Assembly: GCA_030141605.1 (NCBI GenBank)
Contig: JAQGDQ010000148.1
Coordinates: 62,001 to 126,000 of the forward strand
DNA length: 64,000 nucleotides
Direction: 5' to 3'
DNA from: Tubiluchus corallicola
Taxonomy: Eukaryota; Animalia; Priapulida
Shown here in pieces: positions 50,856 to 64,000 of this stretch (position 1 is the first letter of the stretch; every line of letters begins with the position of its first letter). The position numbers and the translations under genes were made by a program. A model generated the notes under the pieces. It was not told the origin of the DNA. It made no database searches and saw only the letters and a program-made list of their open reading frames with translations.

Positions 50856-53800
50856 CCTCGTGTTTCTTCTCTTATATCTGTGGCACTGTGAATCAGAAAC
50901 TTGCTACGTTTGCACTTGATTCAGGTCTTAAAAAATAAGTATCACAGAAACGATTCTTTCAGTTTAGTAACTTATAAAGTGCAGTAATATTATTGAATCA
51001 GTGTCACTACCGCAGCTTGCGAAAAATCTGCTATTCATGCTAAAAAACTCTTGGTAGACTTGTAGTTATAAACTGATAATTACTAATTACACTTTACTTA
51101 TTAGTCTTAAATGCGAGTGCTGCAGTTAGTGATAAGACCTTTTTTGACGAACTACTTTTTTGTCTGCTAAGTGAGTGAAAAACATTCCATAATCGTAACC
51201 AATTTCCATTAAAATTCCATTGAAACTATCTATTAAGTGTATTATTAATTCGGAATTTGACAGTCTGTTTTTCCTAATTTGTACGCACAGTTACAAAACT
51301 GCCAAAAACTCTCGCAGTGTACTATAGGTTTGTGTCAAAACTTTCACAATTAAACATTGTGCGCAATGTGTAATGTGTGTAGTTTGTGTATAGGTAGAGT
51401 AACACATTCAGCCCTTCATTCGGAAGCTGGAATGAAGCATTTGTATCATATAGGCTTTTGCAGAATGAAGCCTTTAGTCGCAGTTATAGTCGATATAGAG
51501 TTATAGTCGATATATTCAAAGTAATCACTATGTAAAGCATACACGTGTATGCGTGTTCAATTTCTATTATTCATCTGATTTTTTCAGTCACTAATCTTGA
51601 AAATTCAACAGAACTTTTCACACGCAGAGAGTTGTAAAAATCACAAATAACTTCATGACATAGGGAAACACAATTTCCAGTTTCTACAGTTGGCCTAAAA
51701 CCAAAAGTATAAGCATTAATTTGCTCTCATTAAGACACCTTTGCCAATACGATTCTGGACTTCTGACCTGACCAGGATGGTGTGATGTTTACACATGCGT
51801 CTATAATTTGTTGTAACAGATTTATGTTCGACGAAGACTGATTGATTTAAGGGGCAGCTCTATGGAAAAATATGATTATTTTTGTTAGTGCACAGATGTG
51901 CTAAAAGAAATGTGCCTATATCAAGGCATTACAATCTGAAGATTACAGTCTGGCAGACTTGTCAGATTTCATTCAACAAAGAATATTGCATTTAGTTAGT
52001 ATTGTACGAGTGTATGTTATGAGCTTCGTTTAGTTAGGTCATCTGAAAACATATAAATCAAAAATATGAATTTACGTGCATGCAACTAAAGGCGTTTATT
52101 TTCAGAGCTTCAATATGCACTCTCCATGCAACATAGAACGAGTCAACATTTCTCATAAATAGTACAGGTATCATTCAGTTATTATATCAATTTTGTCTTA
52201 ATGCTGTCTTAACTGTTTGCTGCTATTACGAAATCATTTTATCTTTTCTTCATATAATATTAAATCAGAAAATATTATTATAATCATTATTAAAATCATA
52301 TAATATTATTTCCACAGAATTTACTTCATGAAGATAAAGTAACTAATTAAATATGGAATGCAGAACTCGGGAACATGTAATTTATCTATAACAATAAATA
52401 CTTGCACATTAAGAAAATAAATAATAACAACTTAAATATAACAGACTTTTGACCTACAGTGACAATTATAACAAAATCTTCCTGTATTAGGTAACAAAAT
52501 AGCTAGTGTTCCTGCCGCCCTATATGATTTGTAATAAAAAATTAATATGTAAAGAAAAAATATTAATAGTACCAATACGCTTCACTTTTGTACATTAAAT
52601 TTCCTTACTTCTAATCTTTTACATTATGTTAAAGGTGCCTATGTGGTATGTATCGTATGTTTACATCTAACTATACGACTGTTTTAGTGCATAAGAATAT
52701 CTCTAAACTGCAGTTGCAATAATATCGCATTAGCCAATATCACAACTGATTACAAACTAATGTTATTTTATCTGCCAAAACAATGATTATTGAGACGTGA
52801 CTTAAAAATTTTTTTCATTAGTAAACAAGACTGCTATGACATTAGTAAACAAGCTTTTCTTTCACTGCTTTTATTTTGGATTTCACTGTTCTTATTTTAC
52901 TGCCATGTAATAATAATATTGCAAACACTTTATATTTGATTTAATACTTCTAAAAGTACAATCTTGTAATAAATTTCCAGTTGAAAAAAGCCAGAATGTG
53001 AATTAGTTAGAATTCTGAAACATGTAATCGTGATTAATGTTTCAATTAAAGCGCATTTAAATATAAAAACTAGCACTAATAAATGGTAAGATCTTGCGCA
53101 ACAGAGTTTTAAGATTACATATATGACTAGAACACTGGAGGGGTTAGGTGTTTCAAATTAACTTTTTTTGCTTTTGTTTTTATAAGCATTTCACCACTTT
53201 GAAAACTAAAATCAACGGCAGGGCCTATTAGTAAATTTGAATGGTTTGCTGCAGGAGCAGATTCTAATTATTTATTTAATACAAGCCTCAAAGAATAAAC
53301 ACTAAACCGGCAAAGGTGTTTGCACCATGTTGAAACGCGTATACATTCCTCTCTCCATAAGATGAATCGCAGAGGCAATTGCAATTGTCAGGCTGATGAT
53401 GCTTAACTTTGGCCGATAAACACACGACGTGAGACCAGTCAACTACTACCTTGAGCCCCATAGTGACCGTGCATGACGTTGACACACTTATTGGTACAAT
53501 TCCAACTGTCAAACTAAAATATTTTGTCAACTTTAACAGTTTTTCAATTCGACTACAGCTTTAGTTCTTTTATAAACGTCACACGCACACTTCTAGTGGA
53601 GAATGGAAATCATTATTTGTGTTTTGTTCTAGCAGACAAGAATATGGAAAGTTCGTCAAGTGAAGATGATACCTTTTGCACCAGCTGGAGTTGACTAAGT
53701 GCAGTTGGTCTTAAAACCACGCTGATCATGACACATGTATGACTTTGTCAAGTCAACTATTCTTGATAAACCGCTGCCAGACTGTGCGGTGTGTCAGTGT

Positions 53801-54148
53801 TTTAGCATTCCTATAATCTTATAAATACTTTTTTTTTATATTTTACTTTCTTAAATGTATTCACCTGACAAAAACAACGGCAACGGCAAGACAAGTGACA
53901 TAGTGACTCACATTACTTGACATTAAACTTATAAGTAATAATTAACGAAGAATTAACATAATCTTCTGTAAGGCTTGCTAAAGAAAACTTATCTGTGCTA
54001 TAACTATACTTTAAAGTTGTTGTACATGTATTTGCTTCTACAAACATTGACGTTACGTTGCCAGACTGCCGTTGCCACACGTATGAACGTTAGAACAACT
54101 CTTGCTTCTGTTTGCAAACAACTTAATCGCCGACATTTGCTGTGTTTT

Positions 54149-57100
54149 CTAGAGACAGTTTTCTACAATATCATGAGATGATGAAGTGGTGTGGGAATAT
54201 TTGTTTTCCAAGTGACGCAACCAAAGCTGAAGCCGTTCCAACTCTGCAGTAATGCCATCAGTTAGTTTATTCACCGACCCAAGGTTGTCGATGACTTCTA
54301 TTGACTGAGTGAAGGGATCATATCTGACGTCAAATGGTCGATTCAATGTGGACACGTATTCGCTGAAAGTTCAAAAAAGTACACATATGCATCAAAGCTG
54401 GACTTCAAATAGAAACTTAGGTACATTTCATCTTTAATGTTGCTTCGCATGTGCAACAAATGTTTTAACAGCTCACATATTGACTGTGTTAACTCACAAA
54501 CAATTTAGAGTGTTGTTGAAAAATTAGACCTTCAGTGAGTTCAGTCTGAACTAAATCATTTTGAATAACTACAAATACAAATGCATGTAAGTCAAGACAT
54601 ATAAATGAGGATAAATGCTGAAAGTGGCGGTTAATATATGAACAAACGTGTGAATGAATGAATGAATAAATGGGTGAATGAACGAATAAATAAACGAACG
54701 AACGAACGAACGAAAGAATAAATAAATAGATTAATGAAAGCAAAAAAAGAAAAATGAAGGAAAGACAGTAAAGACATAAAAAAGAAATAGGAAAGAAAGA
54801 AAGAATGAATGAATGAATGAATGAATGAATGAATGAATGAATGAATGAATGAATGAATGAATGAATGAATGAATGAAAAATTAAGTAAATGAGTAAACGA
54901 ACGAACTACAGCACAAACAAATAATTATGTCATGTAACAGGTAAAAAAATAATAATGCTTTTCGGAATTTGAACCTTCAGATACAAAACCAGAACTCCAG
55001 AACAATGGCTACTTAGTTTCAAGTCTTTACCGCGTCATACAAATCTTTAAAACCTACCTGAATTTTTGCCTAGCATCTTCGAAGGATTCAGAGACAAAGT
55101 AAATAGGTTGATAATCATCGTCTTGGTAGCTCTGGACAGCGGTCAACGCTGGCACAAATGTTCGGTGCTCTGGTACGTCAGACAGTGCGTGCTGAAAAGT
55201 ATTAAATAACTACATTTTTTCTGAAAGCATGACCACAAGTCTCCAAATATTAAAAAATGTGTAAATGAAATAATAAACAATGCAACATATAATTTTTCAG
55301 TTAATCGCACATTAAAGCTTATGCAGATGACGTGCCTTTGTGCATACCTATATTTCACGCCTGTAGGTTGTTTTTAGTACTTCATCTACCTATATAAATA
55401 TTATGTGAAAAGTAAAAGTACATAGAATTTAACACGAGTATTGGACCGAAAGACAAGAAAAAGCATAAAGAGAAAGACAATTTCTGGAGCAGAATAAGCC
55501 ACGTATGGATTCGTCACTGAAATAGCAAGTGGCTCATATTGAAATAATACTGTATAATGAAAAGACAGCTACTTACTTTTAGTTCCCCAAACGCTGAAAG
55601 TAAGCCAGCACCATACGCTCGTATCTGTCCGTTTTGTCGACATAAACCAAACTCCACCGTGAACCAGTACAGCTGTAAAAAATCGACTTTACTGAGACAA
55701 GGCAAAGCTTTACTAGTCACTAATATGGTTGTTTTTGTTACTATTGTCGTAGCAGCAGCTGCTTTTGTCGCTGCTCGCCGCCATCACTATCGCCACTCTT
55801 GTGTTGTCGTTGTCGTTGATGCTGCTCTTGTTTTTGCTGTTACTGCTGATAGTTACTGTTATTATCATATTTGCTGCTACCCTTGCCCCAATGTTAATAT
55901 TATTATTTACCTTATTGACTTATCTATTTACCGTGGCAAACTTTTCTATGTCCTCATCGCTCGCTCCAAGCGAAGCCAGGCCGATTTCTTGAGAAAAATC
56001 AGCAAAAGCTCTGTTTGCTAACATCGGTACATGTCCCAGTAACTCGTGGCAGCAGTCTCTGCAAATACCCATGATATAAGGTCAAAGCTATTTAATAAAC
56101 AGTGTGAGAGAATTTTACTAAAGGTATACTTTATACATTAAAAGAGAAAGATTTAGGGACTAAATGGCTGGTGTGAGCAGAGCTTTACTAAAAGTGTAAC
56201 ATATAAGACAAGATGTTAGATCTTATATTAGGAGGCTAAGGTGGGATCATATGTTGTATCCAGCATACTATTCGCAACAGCATGGTGTACTACAGGTTTT
56301 AGTTCCCAGTTTGACAATGCTGCTAGTAGATTTTGCCTTTTGCGTTCCTCCATCTGCTTTTCCAAGTTTTTAAGACACAATAACTGTAGTTTATTACATC
56401 AAACAATATGTAACTTACGGTTCTGGGGAGTGCATAGGGGCAGAACTATGACGAATGTACTGTGTGCACTGGAAAATACGGAATGCCAAGCTAGCCAAGA
56501 AATCTCGTGCTGTTACCAGACCTGCTGCTGGCCTGAGCTGCCATCCTGTCCTGGCTGAAAAATCGGCAGTTTTTCCAATTTAATAATTATAATTGTTAAT
56601 TTTTACAATGCTGTTATATGGCAATGAAAATCAGATCATGAAAAAGGATGTTGAAAGTGAACAACCAAGAATTAATCATTTGTCTACATAGACTATTCTA
56701 TTTTGGTATTTTCCCTCCTTTAAGCAAACACTTACATTTGCTTTGGAGAATCTTAAAAATAAAGCTAAGATTTCAAAATATAATGCGCCATTCCCAGCGC
56801 ATCCATATATTGGTAAAAAGAATCATTAACTTGATGTCGATTAACCAGATTCAAAACATGGACAGAAGCATTACCTTGAGTGAGGTTTTTCGAGCTATGA
56901 AAATCTGTCAAATTAATTAAATTGTGTGAATGCTGAATGATTTGTGTGAATACTGATTACTAAGTACTAACTTTACAGCAGTTGATTTTAATGCAGCTTC
57001 TAGTGTCATGTGTAAGGTTCTTGCACATAGCTAAACTAGATACTGCTGTAGTATAGTCTGTGGGAAGGGCTTCCTACCTATCACCCCTCCTTTCGTAATA

Positions 57101-60100
57101 TACTATAACCTATCCATGCATAACATGATCTTGGAAAGTGCATGACACAGATATCCAGGAGAGTACAGTGTAACTGCTGAATCTGAAAGCAGCCAAAAAT
57201 GCTTTAACTCTTAACTTTAACTTTACTTTACGAAAATGGTTAAAATCCTAAACTTGATTATATAAGAGTCTGAAGCACTAAACTTGTGCACATCTACTAT
57301 TTGACTGATCTAACATAAAGAGACTATCAGTGGTGATACCAAACTACTTCAGTTTTGATGTTGTGGATGGAGCTTTATTCACACTGATGAGATGTTGGAA
57401 CTCTCTACGATGTGTCTTATTCTAAACTACATGGAAATGCGTGACTAGCCACCAGTGTCCAGACGTTGTGGATTGTGGACGTATCCTGAGTCAACCACAG
57501 AGACGTGTGAGCCATTCCTTAGTTCATGTTTGATTGGTGCTGCAGCCGGCGTCATCACCGTTGATTGTTATGGCCATAGACTTGAAGTCGTTGATGTGTT
57601 GCTGTGACTGACTGGAGTGAGCCACGTCCGCGGACTCCTCTCCCATGTCCTTGTCCTCTCAGGGGAAGGGTTAACTGATAAGTAGACATTTTGTTTTCTT
57701 TTCACTTTGTCATTTTTGTTATTATGCTTTATGCGAAACTGTTATTGATAATTTAACCTGTTCTAATTTATCTAAACAGAGTAAAAAGTGAATAAAAATA
57801 GTAAACATAATCATAATCTTTTCCTCCGTTTCATATAAGATTTTGTTGTTGGAATGTTTGGAATCTATGTATGTCATGGTCAACATGGAAAACCATAACG
57901 CCTAAGTAGACCCCCGTAAAACGTAACATCAAACCTTAGACCCGCTGGTTTTTCAAGTGAGCCCTTCGACATTGCAACCTCACTAAAGATATATTAATTA
58001 TACCTGTGTCGTTGAATTTTGGTTCATATGCCTTGTTGCCCTCTGGAAAATTGTAGGACAACAACCGCCCACGTATGTTGCACAACCCTTTTATTGTGAA
58101 TAAAAGATGATGCGACAGGGTAGTCAGATTTGTGGATGAGTTGGGAGGTAAAGAGTTGCACCCCCACCATAAAAATCTACTAGCTCCCAACATATTTGGT
58201 GGCAGCGGTGGGATATGTGCAAGTTTAGCTATGTGCAAGAACCTTACATCATGTCTGTTGCCTGTTCGTGGGTTAAACTGTTACTTATGAGTTATGATAA
58301 ATAAGCATTAAAAAACTGCTATTTAAAAAGAACTATTTCTAAAAAAACTAAACGTAAAGATTTTCCGTATTGCCTTTCATAAATCGCGAAACGTCTTCTA
58401 GTTGCGGTATTTTGTCTGGAGAATAACCGCATTCTTGCTGCAGCAAACGAAATACGTCATTGTGTTCTTTGCACGCGTGCGTGGGATAGAGGTCTGCCAA
58501 ATTACGAAATATTATCCCCCTGAAATTCACAAGAAGAAAGATAAAAAGGTCAATTTTATTTGCTTAAAAAGTAAAAAAATAGCTAACAAGAAAAACCAAA
58601 CGAAAATTGTGTCAAGGTAAATTACATATTATACTATCAACAGCGATGACTACATCCACAATGCTGATCTTTAAAATTACAAATGTCGCACTATTAGCTT
58701 TTTTTAGGCCTTCACCTAATGAAATTATGAAGGCTAGATTATGCTGTTGCTATTAAATTTCACAATAACATTCTTATCTATGATTGATAATTTAATATGT
58801 ACATTATTTTAATGATCTTTCGTGACTCACCAGGTACGTACTTCTGCTTCAGTGTACTCGACTCTTGGTATAACATCCCCACTGCAAACAATTCCAAAAT
58901 ATTGTACGTATCTGTCGCCGAGTTTTACACTTGCGAGAATTTTATCAATGTCATTTTGGCTCGTTATTGAGGAAAACGTTTTTTAGTGTACTCTCATTGC
59001 AATTTGCAAAATACGGTGATAAATTAACTGGTGCGCAAATGCACTCCTATAGCTGTTTATAAATGTTTTTGGAGTGTTGAAACATAGTTTCAAAACAGCT
59101 TCGTAAATAAAGAGCGAAAGACACCTACTGTTTATAACTGAAAGCAATATCGGCAATCATCTTCCGTCTTGCACGGTAAGCTTTGTCTGTGAAGCCCTAT
59201 AAAAAATAAAATAAACTATTTTATGAAGTAAGCTTATGAAAAAGAAACAACATGACATGATGAAAGGAATAAAAGGATACGTCTAATAAATTATTTGTGT
59301 AATTTCCCATTAATTTTGTGTTTTAGTGAAAAATAATAGGCCTAATAAGAATTTCAATACATGACATAGAATAAATACATAAATAAAAATACAATAATTA
59401 AAAAGTTGTATAAGCTCACATATATGTAGATATATAAAACAGAATGCAAAACAGGCCTGCTGCTTAACAAAAGAAAAAGTTGAAAATAAGCGCCTGTGGT
59501 GTTTTTCACCCACGCTGTCCATAGCGGACGATTATTAACAAAACAATAAATATAACAGAGATATTCTGTAGTTTCAGAAGTTTTCTACCTTATATGAAGA
59601 AACTGATGAAATAGCGCTTTTTGCAATTTGATCTAAAGAGTATTAATTGACTTACCGGATGTCCGGTGTCAAGATCTGGTTCAAATTTAGTCACGAGATG
59701 GTTGCAGAAATCAAGCTCCACTATTCTTTTAGGAAACCACCAACTCTCTGTAAGCAAGACCGGACATAAAAGTCAGTTTACTTATAAATCTGCGCATGTG
59801 AATTAAGATTTACAAAAGTGGAAAGTAGGCTACACGAATCAAGGAATTTTATTTCAAAATAGATTTGTTTTTGAGTGGCTGGTGTATATCTTGTCAAATA
59901 ATTGCCTCTTCTGTGAACTAACAAAGTGTTTCCAGAAAGAACATCACCAATAGATTTCTCACTGCAACATTGGGTTGACCAATAAGAATTTTGTTTACTA
60001 CGATTACTGTAGCATGACTGGCATCGATATAACAACATAAATTTCCAGTCTGTAAAATTGTGCTAATGTAAAATAACTACAGATGGCAAAACGTTCATGT

Positions 60101-63100
60101 TAGTAGACATATATGCTAAAATCATTGTTCCATTTAATTATCTTAGTTGCTATAGCTGATTTTGGCAAGAGTCGATGTAGATGACTTGTTTGCACTTCCC
60201 AAAAGACCCGTTTCCCGCTAGGACCATTTTAATGGTTTCCCTTTGGAGTTCTTCGAGAAACTTTACATAATCTCTTTGGTTAGTTAAGAGAGACTTATCA
60301 AGTTTCTTTTTGAAATGAAATTTTGCTAAATTTCTTCTCTGTGCCCTGAGCTCCCTCAGTGTAGCTTAACCTTTTAGGTCGTCCACAAATGGAGTATCCG
60401 GTAGTAATGTAACTTCCGGTACGTTTGTACTTTGACGTAGATGTTTGACCAGATGTAAAATGTTCTCTTTGTGTCCCTCGCATTGAGTGAGTATCTCAGA
60501 TTGTGATGAGTGCCTTTTTCCTCGTCGTGATTCAATGTGAACCAGAGTAACGCGATGGCTCTATAAGAAAAAATATTCAAATAGAAAAGAAACAATTTTA
60601 AGTGAACCAAAACTTATTATAATGTACTACAGTTCGTAAGTTGGCTTTGCTAAGATTTGAACCCGATTTTGTTAGGAAATCACATAGTATAATGGTGAAT
60701 GAATTCACTTTTAGAAAATTCCTTCTGAAAGCGTATACAGTAAGTAAGCCCTTTTATTTTTTCGCTTTTATATTTTTGCTTCTAGACGTTGACAAGTAAT
60801 CTTACGGGATAATAATTAGAGTAGTATTTCAACTCTTTGACGTGCATTGTTCCGAATTTCATGAATTAGACTATAACGGTGCGTTTATTGTTCACGCTTT
60901 TCTGTACGATTAGCTCTCCTGCCAGACGCTGAGTTGATGAAGTCCTAATTGGCACTCAGGGCGCAGTGATCAATGGTTTCCACTCCAGGTGAAATGGCTT
61001 CAAAGTGGTTAATGAGTTCGCCCTCTTACCGAGCTGCTGATGTTAATCGAGGCTAGGCTTGACAAACACGAGATTTCCATCTAAATTTTATATCGAGGTT
61101 TTGTTCACCATCAGCCATGGAAATACAATAGTTCAACAGGTAAGGTTATAATTAGCAACAGCAGCAATATACTAGTGTACGTCATACAGGTAAAATAGTT
61201 CGACAGGTGCGGCTATAATTAGCAATAGCACCACCACACGCGTACGCGCGATCAAGGTTGAATGTTAAAGGTGGTGAAACTACAACAATAACAGTAACAG
61301 CAACCGCAACAGCAACAACAACAACAACGACATCAAACAAACAAACAACAACAACAACAACAACATCAACAACACCAGATGTGTACGTCAGCAAGTGATT
61401 CATGGTAAAAATGCTTTGGAAATAACAACTAAAAATTATGCAGAACTTGCAGTGGCTTCTTCTGGGATTGTTACTATAATCTCGAATCCTGGTTTATCGT
61501 TACCTTTAAACGCCGAATCGATATTCAAACATATTTCTTTTTCGTTTCACATTAAAAAAGTTTGAAGAATTTTTATTTCAGTATTTATATTACTGTTAAT
61601 TTTTCTAACGACAATAACATCAGCAACACCTGTATACGTTAGCAAGTGAAACACGGTAAAGTGGGTTGGAAACACTAACTAAACATTAGGCAAATATTGC
61701 AGTGGCTTCTTCTGGGACTCTTACTATAATCTGGCATCCAGGTTTATTGTTACCTTTAAACGCCGAATCGATACTCAAACATTTCTTTTTCATTTCACAT
61801 AAAAAATTTGGATGATTTTTATTTCAATACTTATATTACTGTTAATTTTTACTATCTACAAAGAATTTTTCAATTAGCTTAATGATTAAGCCGTGATTAA
61901 GCCAATGTACGAACAGTTTTGCCAAACTAAGACAGTTTCATTACGGTTCTACAGCAAACAGTAAGATTATACTTCCAGCAATGGCGCCTAAAACCTATTG
62001 GAAAACTATTTTGGTGTTGGTTAAGTTTTCTTAATTTTCAAAAACCCGCAAATGCATATTTCGTGTTTAATGGATTATAAATGAGCAAAACATGTAGATA
62101 GCGCCAGCGGCCTCAACGGCAAAAATTTCTGAAATGACTACTATGCCAAGTAAAATTGTGTTCACTCTCATAATTTTATAATATTATGATTTAATTGTTT
62201 TAGAATTTAGATGAATGTTAATGTAGGAAGTAGAAATGGAAACCATAATGGTGCTCTCTAACGTTTTATTATTGACTTTGTGCAATGACACCATGTACTG
62301 TCATTCAATTGTAGACAGGTATAATATAACAGATCTTCTATTTCATCCATATTTATTTTAAAAAGAATTTAACTCAACTTCTCTAACGCGTAGTTTGTGC
62401 TCAGCTAGATAGAATGTCATGTCTAACAAACAAAAGGAAGGGCTCGCACGTTTTTCCTTGAGCTCTATATCGTCGAGTAGGGCACTTTTAGCTGCAGTTC
62501 CAATAAAACGTGGAATTTCTAAATTAATTTTATCAAAGTTATTACTCACGCAGTTTTAAATTAACATTTGGTTAATTAATTTTATTTTCCAATACAAGAG
62601 GTACTGCATACAGCTGATAGTACGAATGGCCTTATAAATTGTTGAATTGTTGAAAATATTCGGTCTATCTAAACTTACAGGGATTTGAATCGGATTAAAC
62701 TGACACGGTTATCACAAAAACACTTGTTCAAACTACTATCTCAAGCAAAATTGTCTTCCGTCAAATAATTTTGACTTAAATGTTTTAGAATTTAGATGAA
62801 TATTATTGGAGGAAGTAGATTATTACAAGTAAACTGTACTAATATTGTTAACTGTACTAATATTTTCTAAACGTACGTATAAATTATCGATATTGTCCTG
62901 TTGCTAAATTATTTATAGTTAGACTTGTTGGATGTTATTAAATGTATTAATTTTTCTAAACGTGTGTAGAGATTAGACGATATTGTCTTGTTGTTTAATT
63001 ATTTATTGTTAGAATTGTTGGACAAATAGAAAATTAGAGCCGAACAGTCATTTCTGAAAAAAAAGTGTCTGAAAAAGGTGACAATAAAACGTTACTACCT

Positions 63101-63326
63101 CGAATGACTTTAGAATGCGTGGCAGCAGTTGGAGACCATCTCTGAGGGAGAAAATGAGTGTTGCTTGTTTTGTTGTTGCATCTTCTGCGCCAGTGATTAC
63201 CTCGAATACCTCCTCCTCGCTTCCCTCATTAGACAGTGTCCTCTGTCGTTGAAGTTCATCGTTATGGGTCTGGGTCTCAAACTTTGCGTCAGAAATGAGA
63301 GAACGGCGCCTTGCAGGATACCCGTT
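54149..63326 (-). CDS. TH: Tyrosine 3-monooxygenase (tyrosine hydroxylase); 11 coding exons (493 aa) in window, first exon not found in window
   Basis: Exons: 63099-63326, 60371-60560, 59656-59747, 59129-59196, 58831-58881, 58374-58519 (GC donor), 56419-56554, 55932-56058, 55577-55672, 55058-55191, 54149-54362. [10 protein letters not shown] is the PKA site as in Drosophila ple. Also present: ACT domain HIESR; WFP...[19 protein letters not shown]; Fe ligands in [12 protein letters not shown] and [12 protein letters not shown] in [12 protein letters not shown] keeps the Asp (rat D425) that distinguishes TH from PAH/TPH. Confidence 0.95.
54645..54876. repeat. (GAAT)n / (GAAC)n / (GAAA)n tetranucleotide microsatellite, intronic
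   Basis: A pure GAAT run at ~54803-54876 with degenerate flanks. Confidence 0.95.
57011..58248. mobile_element. 1238-bp non-coding insertion with TG...CA ends, perfect 27-bp TIRs and 5-bp TSD (solo LTR or Ginger-like non-autonomous DNA transposon)
   Basis: Left TGTAAGGTTCTTGCACATAGCTAAACT (57011-57037) is the exact reverse complement of AGTTTAGCTATGTGCAAGAACCTTACA (58222-58248). TCATG flanks both sides (57006-57010, 58249-58253). Confidence 0.88.
61362..61850. repeat. Diverged tandem duplication, 2 x ~250 bp, in a TH intron; preceded by an (AAC)n tract (~61280-61375)
   Basis: AGTGGCTTCTTCTGGGA at 61451 and 61701. TTACCTTTAAACGCCGAATCGATA is present in both copies. Confidence 0.92.
62857..63022. 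repeat. Diverged tandem duplication, 2 x ~88 bp
   Basis: TTTTCTAAACGT...GATATTGTC.TGTTG...AATTATTTAT.GTTAGA.TTGTTGGA occurs twice. TGTTTTAGAATTTAGATGAAT also occurs at ~62196 and ~62781. Confidence 0.75.
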
Positions 63327-64000
63327 CTGAAAAAATCAGTACTTTGATACTCGCAAATCACACATAATGCGTTCGCAACTGTAAAAGAACAAAAAGTCAA
63401 CTTTTTTACATATATCTATGTACATCTGACACAAAAAACATCATGTTCAGTATGCACTCTGTACCACAAACCGAGTACTTTGTAATAAGCACTTCTATAG
63501 CTGTGAGACGAAAAGAGTTTTTAGGCTTTATGGATTCACCATGTGGCGATTTACTTTTCAATTTAACAATTCTGATTATCCCACACATGGATTTTGTGAG
63601 CTGCAATTTTATCTGGTAAAAATAGTTTTCCAACTAAAACGTAGTACAAAATTAACTATAGAGCCCTCAGTAGAGGGACATATAGCTGCCCCAACGAGAT
63701 CGACTTTTTTGAGACGGCAAAGATGTATTTTCTGCATTGACACTAAGTTTCTGTGAAAAGCTGCTATCGCATTACAGAGCGTCTGGTTAGTTATGGGTTA
63801 GAATTCGATACAGACAGAACTGGAAGGTTAATTTTTAATAGAAAAAACTCTAAACGTGTACAAGTAACAATGCGCATGGGTTTAAAACTTCAAATAAAAA
63901 TTTAAACTCCGATACGGACATACATGTATTTGAAGGCTGTGAAAAACCACAGGTGGGTGGTTTCAAACTAAACAATGTACAAGAAAACTACAGCAAAATT

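Noticed and set aside
51537-51552. 16-bp perfect palindrome GCATACACGTGTATGC with an E-box core upstream of the NRF-6-like gene
   Set aside because: A single short palindrome with no supporting context; function cannot be supported from sequence alone.
57384-57410. CTGATGA motifs (also ~16784, ~21112, ~21978 on the minus strand) as hammerhead ribozymes
   Set aside because: None is followed by a stem II closing onto GAAA.
60930-61045. TGATGA...CTGA as a C/D box snoRNA
   Set aside because: It lies antisense to the host gene, has an imperfect box C and has no terminal stem.
54149-63326. Assignment as PAH or TPH
   Set aside because: The [10 protein letters not shown] site, [22 protein letters not shown] and the YQD specificity Asp all point to TH.

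Overview
AT-rich, intron-rich animal (invertebrate, probably protostome) genomic DNA, not prokaryotic. Four protein-coding genes lie on the minus strand, assembled by hand from splice sites and reading-frame phase. (1) The 5' part of a nesprin-1/SYNE1/MSP-300-like gene (two calponin-homology domains followed by spectrin repeats; 21 coding exons; runs off the window start). (2) An intronless PRAME/LRRC14-family LRR gene. (3) A 14-exon NRF-6-like acyltransferase-3 gene. (4) Tyrosine hydroxylase, with its first exon outside the window. A tRNA-Glu(CTC) sits antisense in the 17.6-kb nesprin intron. The most notable observation is that this intron holds several ATG-initiated exons ending in phase-1 donors that fit the common CH1 exon in frame, suggesting a plectin-like variable first-exon array. 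Other notable items: a 1238-bp TG...CA element with perfect 27-bp TIRs and a 5-bp TSD in a TH intron, a Tc2/pogo-type MITE, two GC-AG introns and a near-perfect 99-nt hairpin. No database searches were run; gene identities rest on recalled family motifs.
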